UHGV virus genome: UHGV-1375844
DNA length: 64,000 nucleotides
Origin: a virus
Strand: one strand, 5' to 3'
Shown here: piece after piece, positions 39,046 through 47,404 of the stretch
Position numbering within the stretch: position 1 is the stretch's first letter
Layout of the letters: the number at the start of each line of letters is the position of its first letter
Position numbers and translations under genes: made by a program
The notes under the pieces: model-generated
What the model was told of the DNA's origin: nothing
Seen by the model: only the letters and a program-made list of their open reading frames with translations
Databases searched by the model: none

Positions 39046-39066
39046 GATAAGTAAGTCATTACTTAT
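39046..39066. promoter_or_regulatory. dispersed palindromic motif copy (GATAAGTAAGTCATTACTTAT)
   Basis: Between the PhoH start and the plus-strand AT-rich gene. Confidence 0.5.
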
Positions 39067-39205
39067 TTATCGTGGCTTTGTGCTAGGTTAAAACAGCTTT
39101 GGGGAGCTGGTGCGCTTAAGGCCTTCCAGAAAACTCAAACTAGCTGAAATAGTAGGGTCAATTAGGTATCATTCCTTTTCAAATTTAACCAAAGACTCTT
39201 ATAAA

Positions 39206-40438
39206 ATGCCTGCTTTGTTAATTCTCATAATTGGGACATTGATGATTATTTTCTGGGATGTGATTAAGGAAAACGTAGAGGTTATAGGTACGCTTGCCAC
39301 TTCACTTGCCTTTTTTGCTACTGCCTGGGCTGCTTACGAGGCAAGGCATAGTGCAAAGGCGGCAATGAAGGCGACCCAGCTGACGGCTGATTCACTTCTT
39401 GAAATGAAAAAAGCCTCTTTTAAGGAGTGGTACGGCATTTTACTTGAACAGCATAATAAATTACTTGAGGATGTTAATAAGACCTTATTGGATGACAATG
39501 AACTTAATACCAGGTTGAATATTAATGTCATAAGAGGTATTTATTATCACGTAACCAAAAATCCTGCTTACATTAAGTATATTAATCACATAATTTTAAT
39601 CCTGAATTATGTAGATAAAGACTTTTATCTGCCGTCCTCGGCGGAAAATGAAAAGAGATCTTATATAGAACAGTTGCGCAACAGCATTAGCCCAAAAGTA
39701 AGCCTGCTGATTGCTATTTTTGGCCTTAATATCGACAATAATAAAACTTATGATGCAAAGAAACTTTACAACCTTCTAAGCAAATATAACTTTTTTGAAA
39801 ATGAGCTATTTTTTGAAGTTGCAATATCAAAAGTTCATTACTTAGACACTTATGTCGCCGAGATATTTGACAAAGAATACCGAAAAGACGTTGAATTTTA
39901 TGTTGATGAAACGGTTTGTGGTCGTGCGCTCTCTTTTATCAATACGACATGCCGACACCATAGGATTACTTTCGCAGTTCAGTGGTCTTACAACAACCCC
40001 TGCCAAAAGCATTTGCTGAAAAGATTCAATGACCTACCTATGCACATGAGAAACGTCATTGGGCTGAACATGGAAAAAGCAGCCGAGAAAGTGGCTACGT
40101 TTAATTCTGAGTTGCCTGGTTTTGTCGGCTGGGAAATTAAGATTGCTAATAATAAGGTGAGAGTAATTAAGGATGAAAAAGAACTGAAAAGGCTAATAAA
40201 GCTTTACTATAAATACCCCTTTGACCCTCGACAAACTGGTATCGTGTTAACCAATGGTTTCACCAATAGATTCGCCGATGAGATTAGGAATAGTATGTCT
40301 AGCTATGCTTTACATAAAGCCTATCTAGAACTCAGCTCTAATCCGAACAAAGATCAGGTAATTGATGAGATTGTGTCAGAGGTTGAAAAAATGGTCGATA
40401 AATTTAAAACAGAACTTAATTCTTTCTGCTTTAACTGA
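39206..40438 (+). CDS. membrane-anchored protein of unknown function (two N-terminal TM helices plus ~350 aa domain); AT-rich moron
   Basis: Hydrophobic segments MPALLILIIGTLMIIFW and VIGTLATSLAFFATAWAAY; plus strand; visibly AT-rich; followed by terminator. Confidence 0.5.
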   Translation: MPALLILIIGTLMIIFWDVIKENVEVIGTLATSLAFFATAWAAYEARHSAKAAMKATQLTADSLLEMKKASFKEWYGILLEQHNKLLEDVNKTLLDDNELNTRLNINVIRGIYYHVTKNPAYIKYINHIILILNYVDKDFYLPSSAENEKRSYIEQLRNSISPKVSLLIAIFGLNIDNNKTYDAKKLYNLLSKYNFFENELFFEVAISKVHYLDTYVAEIFDKEYRKDVEFYVDETVCGRALSFINTTCRHHRITFAVQWSYNNPCQKHLLKRFNDLPMHMRNVIGLNMEKAAEKVATFNSELPGFVGWEIKIANNKVRVIKDEKELKRLIKLYYKYPFDPRQTGIVLTNGFTNRFADEIRNSMSSYALHKAYLELSSNPNKDQVIDEIVSEVEKMVDKFKTELNSFCFN

Positions 40439-40448
40439 CTAAAAGAAA

Positions 40449-40475
40449 AGGGGCCGAAGCCCCTTTGGATTTTGC
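40449..40475 (+). terminator. rho-independent terminator (AGGGGC-cgaa-GCCCCT, T-rich tail)
   Basis: Hairpin followed by TTTGGATTTT directly after the AT-rich gene. Confidence 0.65.
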
Positions 40476-40638
40476 GCTGAAAAAAGTCTAACTACGATGC
40501 TAAGAAGCACTATGGTTAAGAACGTCTGCCGTGTCTATCACAGCGTTGAACGGTCTGGGTGACGTTAGCGGAGTCATTTAGTGAATGGAATCCCAAACCG
40601 TTCAGCGATGTGCTGGCCTCCGCAGAGGCCAGTCGGTA

Positions 40639-41250
40639 TTACGATTTGCCGGCGTTAACTACCACGCCCTGGCGACGAGAGTCAGCTTCGGCAATCTTCA
40701 GTCGAGTTTCGCGTTCGGCCTTCAGCTCGCCCTGCAATTGGGCCACCTGCGACTCAAGGAACTCGATACGAGAGTCTTTCGCGGCGCTGGATGCGTTCAG
40801 TTCCGCCATTTCCACACGATGATCAGACTTCAGCTGGTTGACTTCCGCAGTAAATTTGCTGGCAGCTGCGCTATAGCCAGCTTCGCGAGCTGTGTTAACC
40901 GCCTCTTCGTTGTTGTCCAGCGCGTTTTCAAGATCGCGCTTAAGCTGAGTCAGCTCGACGTTGGAAATGCTGGCCAGACCGCGCTTCTTCATCAGATCCG
41001 CAAGTACGCCATCTTCGTTTTCGATTACCTTCAGACGCAGTTCCGCAGCCTTTTCTCGCTCTTTACTTGCGAACTGGCTATCCAGACCAGCCAGCTCAGC
41101 CTGGCGATATTCAATTTCTTCGGCCAACGTAACGCTGGTTTGTGAAAGGGTGTTCAGCTCGGTCGCAACCTTCGCCATATCACCGGCAGCTTTAACCATT
41201 GCTTTGGTGGAACGCTCAGTTAGGGAGATGACTTTCTTAACTTCGGACAT
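40639..41250 (-). CDS. coiled-coil protein of unknown function
   Basis: Heptad-like, charge-rich sequence throughout. Confidence 0.4.
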   Translation of the reverse strand: MSEVKKVISLTERSTKAMVKAAGDMAKVATELNTLSQTSVTLAEEIEYRQAELAGLDSQFASKEREKAAELRLKVIENEDGVLADLMKKRGLASISNVELTQLKRDLENALDNNEEAVNTAREAGYSAAASKFTAEVNQLKSDHRVEMAELNASSAAKDSRIEFLESQVAQLQGELKAERETRLKIAEADSRRQGVVVNAGKS

Positions 41251-41275
41251 GTGTTTTCCTTCGTCGCTTTTATAT

Positions 41276-41362
41276 TGGCGGAAGGTAATGGAATCGAACC
41301 ATCACCGCGCTCGCAGTGGGACGGTTTTCAAGACCGCTTGAGCACCATGCTCCCTACCTTCC
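41276..41362 (-). tRNA. tRNA-Ser (anticodon TGA), type II with long variable arm
   Basis: Hand-folded: 7 bp acceptor GGAAGGT/ACCTTCC, anticodon loop CTTGAAA, T-loop TTCGATT, encoded CCA. Confidence 0.7.
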
Positions 41363-41604
41363 GTTATTTAGTGTGGTGGCCGGCGCTGATCTCCGGCATA
41401 ACAACCCGACTTAAATTCGCGACTTTAAATCGGTTCCTCCGTTTGTCCACTTTAGCCCGGAGTTAGCAACCTCAGTCACTCACCGATATGCCTATCGGTG
41501 GCGCGCATCAGCCTGCGCATTCACCACAACGGTGAGAGCACTCTTGGCGAACCTGTAGATTGGGCTATGATCCCGTTACAAGCGAATGCTCTTACCTGTT
41601 GTGT

Positions 41605-41737
41605 TGGTGCCGGTTAACGGACTCGAACCGTTGACCTCTGGCCTAACATCGGATCGTTGTCATTGACCAGCCATGCTGTCTACCGAAGTAGAAACGATGC
41701 TTTGGCTCTCGCGCTCTACCAACTGAGCTAAACCGGC
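41605..41737 (-). tRNA. tRNA-like gene with ~57 nt insertion between D-arm and T-arm (possible pseudogene or interrupted tRNA)
   Basis: Canonical acceptor GCCGGTT/AACCGGC, D-arm TAGCTCAGTTGGTAGAGC, T-arm AACGG-TTCGAGT-CCGTT and CCA, but 133 nt long and no canonical anticodon arm found. Confidence 0.4.
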
Positions 41738-41739
41738 AT

Positions 41740-41814
41740 TGGCGATGATGGGTGGATTCGAACCACCGACCAGTTGATTAACAGTCAACCGCTCTACCAC
41801 TGAGCTACACCATC
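41740..41814 (-). tRNA. tRNA-Asn (anticodon GTT)
   Basis: Hand-folded cloverleaf: D-arm GCTC/GAGC, anticodon arm GTTGA-CTGTTAA-TCAAC, T-arm GGTGG-TTCGAAT-CCACC, encoded CCA. Confidence 0.8.
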
Positions 41815-42533
41815 AATTTCGCAGCGGTACTGGCTTCAAAGATGAAGTTTTCCCGCAACTTGCACTTTGCGTTAGTGCCAGACGAGGCTTGCGGCTCGCT
41901 CAAATAGAGCGAAGATCTTAAACACTGCTCGGTGCTTCAGAGAGCGCCGGGGAGTCAGATCTTATTGGATGTATGGAATCATCCGTGTTGTGGCAGCTAC
42001 ATGCTAAAACCAGAGGGTATTACTATTGCCACAACGTTGAGGCCACTAAACCAGTAATGTTTGCCCAACATCTTTGTCAGTCGCTACAGCCTCTGTGGAT
42101 TCACCTGTATGATTGAAAGAAACAGTGGCCTCAACGTTGTGTGCTGGCTAACCAGGCCAGCCGGGTTACGTCGCCGATCTTCTTTAACCCAAGACAAAAC
42201 GACATAAGTAATGGAAATGACGTAACAGGATGAACGGTCGATAACTGAAACCGGGATAGGTGAATGGAATGAGGAAACCAACCGCCCATCCTGTTACTTC
42301 ATCGGAGAGGGCATGGGTGGTGCCGTATCATGCCCTCTCCTGCGTTCTGCAATCACACTCGCTCAGTGTGTCCCATTTCGGTGACGAGGCTGGAAACTGA
42401 CCTCGCTGGTGTTTGGCTTATTATGCTACTGCCAGATACTGATTGTCGTTTGCAGTTATCTTTAAACGTTCAAACAGTCGCGTACTAACGAAAACAAAGC
42501 AATCTTATACATATCATAAAAATAAGTAAATAC

Positions 42534-42839
42534 TTATCTATCGGTTATGCGTTCAGTTGATAACTTTTTGATCAGAGTCCCCTTCGAAGAGGGGGTTCGT
42601 GAGACAGTGGCGGTAAATCGCTTACCGTGGATAGTAATACTCTCGTGCTCCTTCAGTTCCCCATAGCGGATTTCCAATAGGGCGCCAAGACGCCATAGTC
42701 CATCATCGATACGCTTTTTACTGGCAAACTTTATCAGCAACCATTTCACAATAAATTGGCCTGCAGCGAATGCGCACGCAACGCCAGCTGCCGTAAAGTA
42801 GGCGACCAGCCACCAGTCGAGTGAGGTCAGTTCCGTCAT
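42534..42839 (-). CDS. membrane protein (N-terminal TM helix, 101 aa)
   Basis: WWLVAYFTAAGVACAFAAGQFIV hydrophobic segment; ATGA overlap with the upstream small ORF. Confidence 0.4.
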   Translation of the reverse strand: MTELTSLDWWLVAYFTAAGVACAFAAGQFIVKWLLIKFASKKRIDDGLWRLGALLEIRYGELKEHESITIHGKRFTATVSRTPSSKGTLIKKLSTERITDR

Positions 42840-42988
42840 TTTGGCGCCCCTGTTTCATGAACTACACGATATACACGCTTGCCTATGCGCATAGATTTTG
42901 TTTTAAGCTGCTGCTTAACCAGATGTCGATGTGCGATGAAGCCGAGGCTCGCGCCAACAATCAAAGCTAATGTGATGTATGGAATCAT
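42836..42988 (-). CDS. small membrane protein (~50 aa, below track cutoff)
   Basis: Hand-translated MIPYITLALIVGASLGFIAHRH...; start overlaps the upstream stop. Confidence 0.3.
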   Translation of the reverse strand: MIPYITLALIVGASLGFIAHRHLVKQQLKTKSMRIGKRVYRVVHETGAPK

Positions 42989-43194
42989 GAGTAAGCACCT
43001 GTTTCCGTCAGTTGTTTCAGTAATTCTCGGCCTTTTTTGGTCAACTGATAGTTCTCTGTTTTGCCCTCTGGCTCGACGTTGGCGACAAGGTTCATCCTCT
43101 CAAGTTTGGCACGCGTTTTTGGCTGCCAGTGTGCGTAGAAACACGACCATTTGCTGATTTCTCGAAGGGTGTCTCGTTCCCGCTTACTAAGCAT
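42985..43194 (-). CDS. small basic protein (~69 aa)
   Basis: Shorter start chosen where the ATG overlaps the upstream ORF stop; track lists a longer 82 aa form. Confidence 0.35.
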   Translation of the reverse strand: MLSKRERDTLREISKWSCFYAHWQPKTRAKLERMNLVANVEPEGKTENYQLTKKGRELLKQLTETGAYS

Positions 43195-43360
43195 GATCAT
43201 CATTAACCCCCTGCAACTTATCAGTAATATCAATGATGCGATAAATGCGCCCTCTTCTCTGCATGATGCCCTCTTTCACGTAATCATTGAGACAACTACT
43301 CATCACCATGCTGCCGATAACAATCCCCAACCCCAAAAAAGCAATCATCCAGCCAAGCAT
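43187..43360 (-). CDS. small membrane protein (~57 aa, below track cutoff)
   Basis: Hand-translated MLGWMIAFLGLGIVIGSMVM...; TGATG overlap with the ligase stop. Confidence 0.3.
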   Translation of the reverse strand: MLGWMIAFLGLGIVIGSMVMSSCLNDYVKEGIMQRRGRIYRIIDITDKLQGVNDDHA

Positions 43361-44682
43361 CATTCCTTGTCTCCTATGCGATCTTCCGTATCACGTAAGC
43401 AGCGCGGCCACTTCAATCGAGGGTGACGCAAACTACCGTCTGGCGTTTTCTCGTGACAGTGAACCTCTACAATGCGCCCGCGATACTTCTCCTGATTGTT
43501 CCAAATTTCATCCAGGTAACGGTGCTTTATGCCACTGGCTCGAACGACAACTCCATTCTCCAGCCGGATAACGATTTTCCCCAATGTATGTGCAAAACCA
43601 GAGTCCGGATCGCCTGGCTCGAAGTCGATAATTTCCCCGTCTTCAGAGTCTTCGTCTTTTAGCTTCCACCAGCTGCGGGAGCGCTTAAACTCATAAACAG
43701 AATCCGGATCTTTGCCCATCTCCCCTTCTTCATTGTCATCGAGGCGTTTCATAAAGCGCTCAATGAAGTCTTCATGGCTATGGATTATGTAGAACGGGTG
43801 CAAATGGATGTCCGGTGCATAGTCTTCACCGCGGGTGTTTCTGAACCATGCCACCAGCGAGGACAGGCGTTCTTTCAGCTTCATGCCCGTCTTCGCATAT
43901 TCTTTTGACTTAGCCAGAGAGCGCCATTCCGGCAAGAAGAAGTCAAAAATGTGATAGACCGCGCCGATCGCTTTTACGTTTTTCTTCCGCAGCGCGGAAA
44001 CAGACTGATTGAACGAACCTGCAGTTCCCTCTCCATCAAAGAAAATGTGTTTGTGGCCAGTGAGTCTCCCCAGCTCTAACATGGCCGGCTTTAAGTGATC
44101 GAGCGAAGTGATCGGGTTGCCTGTACGTGAAAGGAAATTAACCTCTTCCTCATCGACAATGACCTCACAAATGACGCGCAGCCCATCCAGCTTGAGGCTG
44201 CCGATCATTGGCCATTTTGCCTTCGGATTTGGCTTGAACGGATATTTGTCGCCTTTCTCCTTATATGCTGTTGCCAGCTGCACCTCGAACTTGGGAATTG
44301 GGGTTTCAAATACCTTGTTGCATAAACTTATGCCAACGCCGGCTTTCGGATCTTTGAGCAGAAAGCGGCGAAAAACATCCTGCCCATCAGCGCACATCGA
44401 GGCCACAATAGACTCAACGGCAGTGATGGCCGCATTACCGGTTAGTTCGCGTGCTGCGAGTTTCTCCAGTAACTCAACTGCCTTTTCATCGCTTGGAACC
44501 GACTGTTCCAGCGGCATGGCCACTTTATATTTCTTTACCCCGAATCGAATAAACGGGTTGAGCATCAGCGAAACCATGCTCTGTTCGAAAGCATCCATGC
44601 TGGCCAATGCCTCTTTTTTGGCATTGGTTCCCATCGTTTTAATGGCATCCAGCTTATGCTTCAAGGCGATCAATTTTTCCAT
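43360..44682 (-). CDS. ATP-dependent DNA ligase
   Basis: Adenylation motif I GSLKLDGLR and ligase fold size (440 aa). Confidence 0.85.
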   Translation of the reverse strand: MEKLIALKHKLDAIKTMGTNAKKEALASMDAFEQSMVSLMLNPFIRFGVKKYKVAMPLEQSVPSDEKAVELLEKLAARELTGNAAITAVESIVASMCADGQDVFRRFLLKDPKAGVGISLCNKVFETPIPKFEVQLATAYKEKGDKYPFKPNPKAKWPMIGSLKLDGLRVICEVIVDEEEVNFLSRTGNPITSLDHLKPAMLELGRLTGHKHIFFDGEGTAGSFNQSVSALRKKNVKAIGAVYHIFDFFLPEWRSLAKSKEYAKTGMKLKERLSSLVAWFRNTRGEDYAPDIHLHPFYIIHSHEDFIERFMKRLDDNEEGEMGKDPDSVYEFKRSRSWWKLKDEDSEDGEIIDFEPGDPDSGFAHTLGKIVIRLENGVVVRASGIKHRYLDEIWNNQEKYRGRIVEVHCHEKTPDGSLRHPRLKWPRCLRDTEDRIGDKE

Positions 44683-44716
44683 AGCTATTCAACCTCCATC
44701 GGTCGCTCGGGAGTTC

Positions 44717-45184
44717 TCATGTGTTTTCTTTTGTTGCTTCTTCAACAAGTGCCGCGTACACGTCAGTGACGGGCGCCAGTGATTCTTTAGATGTGGTATC
44801 TGGGTTCGCTTTCTTAGTACGCTTGACCAGACTGTTTATGTTTGTGGAATTGCGTTTGCGGTGGTTGGTTGTGGCGTTCCTGTTGCGCTCTTCAACTTCC
44901 TTAATGAGAGCTGCCATATCGACGAAGTAGATGGGTTCCCCTTTGCGGATCTCCTCAACCATCATCTTTACCGCTTTGCATTTGCCAGCGGCAATAGCCG
45001 TGGCGCAGGATGTAAAGGACGTTGCCGGCAAACGCTTCTCTTTGTAAGCGAGTATGGTGTGCTGGCAGACGGTGTAGCTGCAATGCGCATCATCACCGCC
45101 TATCTTCACTTCGGGACAGCGAAGCGAATAGCCGTTGTTTCCGGAGATGGACGGGATTTTAGAAAAATCTGTTCTTGTGGACAT
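44717..45184 (-). CDS. hypothetical Cys-rich protein
   Basis: Track ORF has a TTG start; internal ATG start more likely; no motif recognised. Confidence 0.4.
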   Translation of the reverse strand: MSTRTDFSKIPSISGNNGYSLRCPEVKIGGDDAHCSYTVCQHTILAYKEKRLPATSFTSCATAIAAGKCKAVKMMVEEIRKGEPIYFVDMAALIKEVEERNRNATTNHRKRNSTNINSLVKRTKKANPDTTSKESLAPVTDVYAALVEEATKENT

Positions 45185-45265
45185 ATAACAAACCGTAGTC
45201 TTGTACTTACTTAATAAGTGGATTCTAAACAAGCCCCATCAGGGGGCTAAGTGTTTAAGTAAGGC

Positions 45266-46060
45266 TTACCAGGTCGCCCAGCCGGTCATCTTGCCTTGTG
45301 CGGCCTCGAATCTAAACGGCTCAAGTAGTTCATTGGCGTGGTGGACGGCATATGATTTGGCCTCCTGCTTAACCATTGGGAGATCATTAGCCAGACGGAC
45401 AACCTGCCCCGCAAAGCTCGCGAGGACGCCATCGCAAGCCTGTCCTGCATCGACAATGATGCGCACCAGGTCAAGGTCGCTATGACACATATCGCAGATG
45501 GTGCCGTATTCAACCTCACGAACACGCTCCACAGCCTTCTTGGTGTCAGCATTTACAACTAAATCCAGCAGACCAGGCGGGGTCTTCAGCTCAGAAGAAC
45601 GTTCCATTACTTCAGGCAATTCGATGATGCTTAAGAATGCGGCGCAGGCTGTGTCCTCTTCCGTTTCCGCTCTGTTTTTGATCGCTCTTAGGGTGATGTC
45701 TACGACACTAAGAAGATCTTCACCATGCAGGCATTGGGCGTAATTTGTGAAGACGATACGGCCGTCGTACCAGGCACCGGTACGTATCTCCATCGCTCCA
45801 TTCTCAGCCTTCTTCATGAAAGCCACCAACGCGGCACGCTTCGGTTTAATGCCCGGTAATTCAGGGGACTCTCCAAAGCGAACCCACACCCGCATGTAAG
45901 AAGAACCTTCAGCAAGCGATACGGTCTTTAGCACCTGTGCAATATGCTTCAACGCCGCATCGATGGCTTCACCAACAATTTTCTGGCGTTCGTCAGCGTC
46001 GATTTCCACGCCCGATTTATCAATCATCTCTGTCACGGATTTTTGAATGTCTTCTTTCAT
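45266..46060 (-). CDS. hypothetical protein (264 aa)
   Basis: ORF in the replication module between ligase and primase. Confidence 0.45.
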   Translation of the reverse strand: MKEDIQKSVTEMIDKSGVEIDADERQKIVGEAIDAALKHIAQVLKTVSLAEGSSYMRVWVRFGESPELPGIKPKRAALVAFMKKAENGAMEIRTGAWYDGRIVFTNYAQCLHGEDLLSVVDITLRAIKNRAETEEDTACAAFLSIIELPEVMERSSELKTPPGLLDLVVNADTKKAVERVREVEYGTICDMCHSDLDLVRIIVDAGQACDGVLASFAGQVVRLANDLPMVKQEAKSYAVHHANELLEPFRFEAAQGKMTGWATW

Positions 46061-46102
46061 CGGTATTCCTCACTCAACAATGCGCTTATTCTTACAGAAA
46101 TA

Positions 46103-46122
46103 TAAGTAAGCATCTACTTATC
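46103..46122. promoter_or_regulatory. dispersed palindromic motif copy (ATAAGTAAGCATCTACTTAT)
   Basis: Between the primase stop and the next gene start. Confidence 0.5.
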
Positions 46123-46138
46123 ATAAAGGCTATAAAAC

Positions 46139-47254
46139 CTACACGAGAGCTTTGATGCCAAGCACCTTGCTTTGCAGTTCAAGCTGTCTTGTGTAGGGTT
46201 TCGCACGATAATAGGCTTTGAGGATTTGCTCTGGCGTCGCGTCGCCCGGGTCAAGTCCTTCCTCTCCTAAGCAGGCGACTTTAACGTTGATGCCCAGACT
46301 GGCGAGTCGTCTGGCCGCCGACATCGTGTTGCGGATCGCTTGCTTCTCGCTATCCCACATCATAATGACGTTTCGCAGACCACGGGCCTTCAGTGTCAGG
46401 AACGCGCCCAGCTGGTCTTCTGCATCTTCCGTTGTATTTCCGGATAAGTGCATCCCGAACGTACCTATTGGCTCGACGTACTCTCGCAACGTCTCTTCTT
46501 CGAATATGGCGCGCTTAACCCCCATGACATCAAACGCACCTTCACACACGACGACCGTCTGCTTTCCGACCGCGTTATGGCCGTTGTAGAGAAACTTTCC
46601 GGAGGCTGGCAGCTGCATGGGGAAAAGGTAGCGACGTTCTGCTGTGCCGGTGACATCACGCCCCTGGAATGTCTTCATGACACCATCCAGATCGTAAACC
46701 GGTATGAGAATGCGCATGTCAAACACCTGCCCCTTCACCTGGTCGGTGTAGGGATCGACATACGCGTGCTTGCCTTCCACGCAATAACGAAGGTCAAAGT
46801 ATCTGGCCATTTCCGGCGTTATGAGACGCTTAACGAGATAATCAGGAAGTCGCCCATCGATAGGCAGTTCATAGTGGCGCGGAAGAGCAACTGGCCCCTC
46901 AAGCTCAACACCACTGGATAACACCACTTCTTCTTTCTTCGGCGCCCACCCCTGCGAGATTAAGGCATTCTGAACGTATGCCTCGAAATCCCGGCGTGAT
47001 TTGCCACTGTAGTGCTTGAGAAAAACCAGCTTGTTAAACTGAATCTCTTCGGGGTGATCGCCCGCAAAACATTTACCTACGCCATGAGAGAGGTTGAAAT
47101 ACACTTTCCAGTTTGAGCTGCCGCATACCGGACACTCTTTGATGTTAATTTCTCGTCCGCGCGTACTCACTCCGCCGCGACGATAGATAACGCCTTCAGT
47201 ATCGAGCCATTGTTCAAAATCCAGCTCGGTCAGTAACTCTTTCAGGTCGCTCAC
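46139..47254 (-). CDS. DNA primase (zinc-binding domain plus TOPRIM)
   Basis: Zn motif CPVCGSSNWKV...CFAGDH; TOPRIM-like VVCEGAFDVMG. Confidence 0.75.
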   Translation of the reverse strand: MSDLKELLTELDFEQWLDTEGVIYRRGGVSTRGREINIKECPVCGSSNWKVYFNLSHGVGKCFAGDHPEEIQFNKLVFLKHYSGKSRRDFEAYVQNALISQGWAPKKEEVVLSSGVELEGPVALPRHYELPIDGRLPDYLVKRLITPEMARYFDLRYCVEGKHAYVDPYTDQVKGQVFDMRILIPVYDLDGVMKTFQGRDVTGTAERRYLFPMQLPASGKFLYNGHNAVGKQTVVVCEGAFDVMGVKRAIFEEETLREYVEPIGTFGMHLSGNTTEDAEDQLGAFLTLKARGLRNVIMMWDSEKQAIRNTMSAARRLASLGINVKVACLGEEGLDPGDATPEQILKAYYRAKPYTRQLELQSKVLGIKALV

Positions 47255-47404
47255 GTTTAAACCTACTTTTTTCAGGCAATATTTTGATTACTCTCGGTTT
47301 TTAGTTACCATAGAGGCTCATGTGTTTTTCTTTTGTGGTTTTGGCAAAAGAAAACTTAAATCTCTGATGGATTAAGGCGTGGAGAGACTTTCCACGCCTG
47401 TTTT

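Noticed and set aside
42084-42281. 65 aa minus-strand ORF in the ORF-free region
   Set aside because: No RBS or coupling, and it sits within a hairpin-rich region better explained as non-coding RNA or a cis site.
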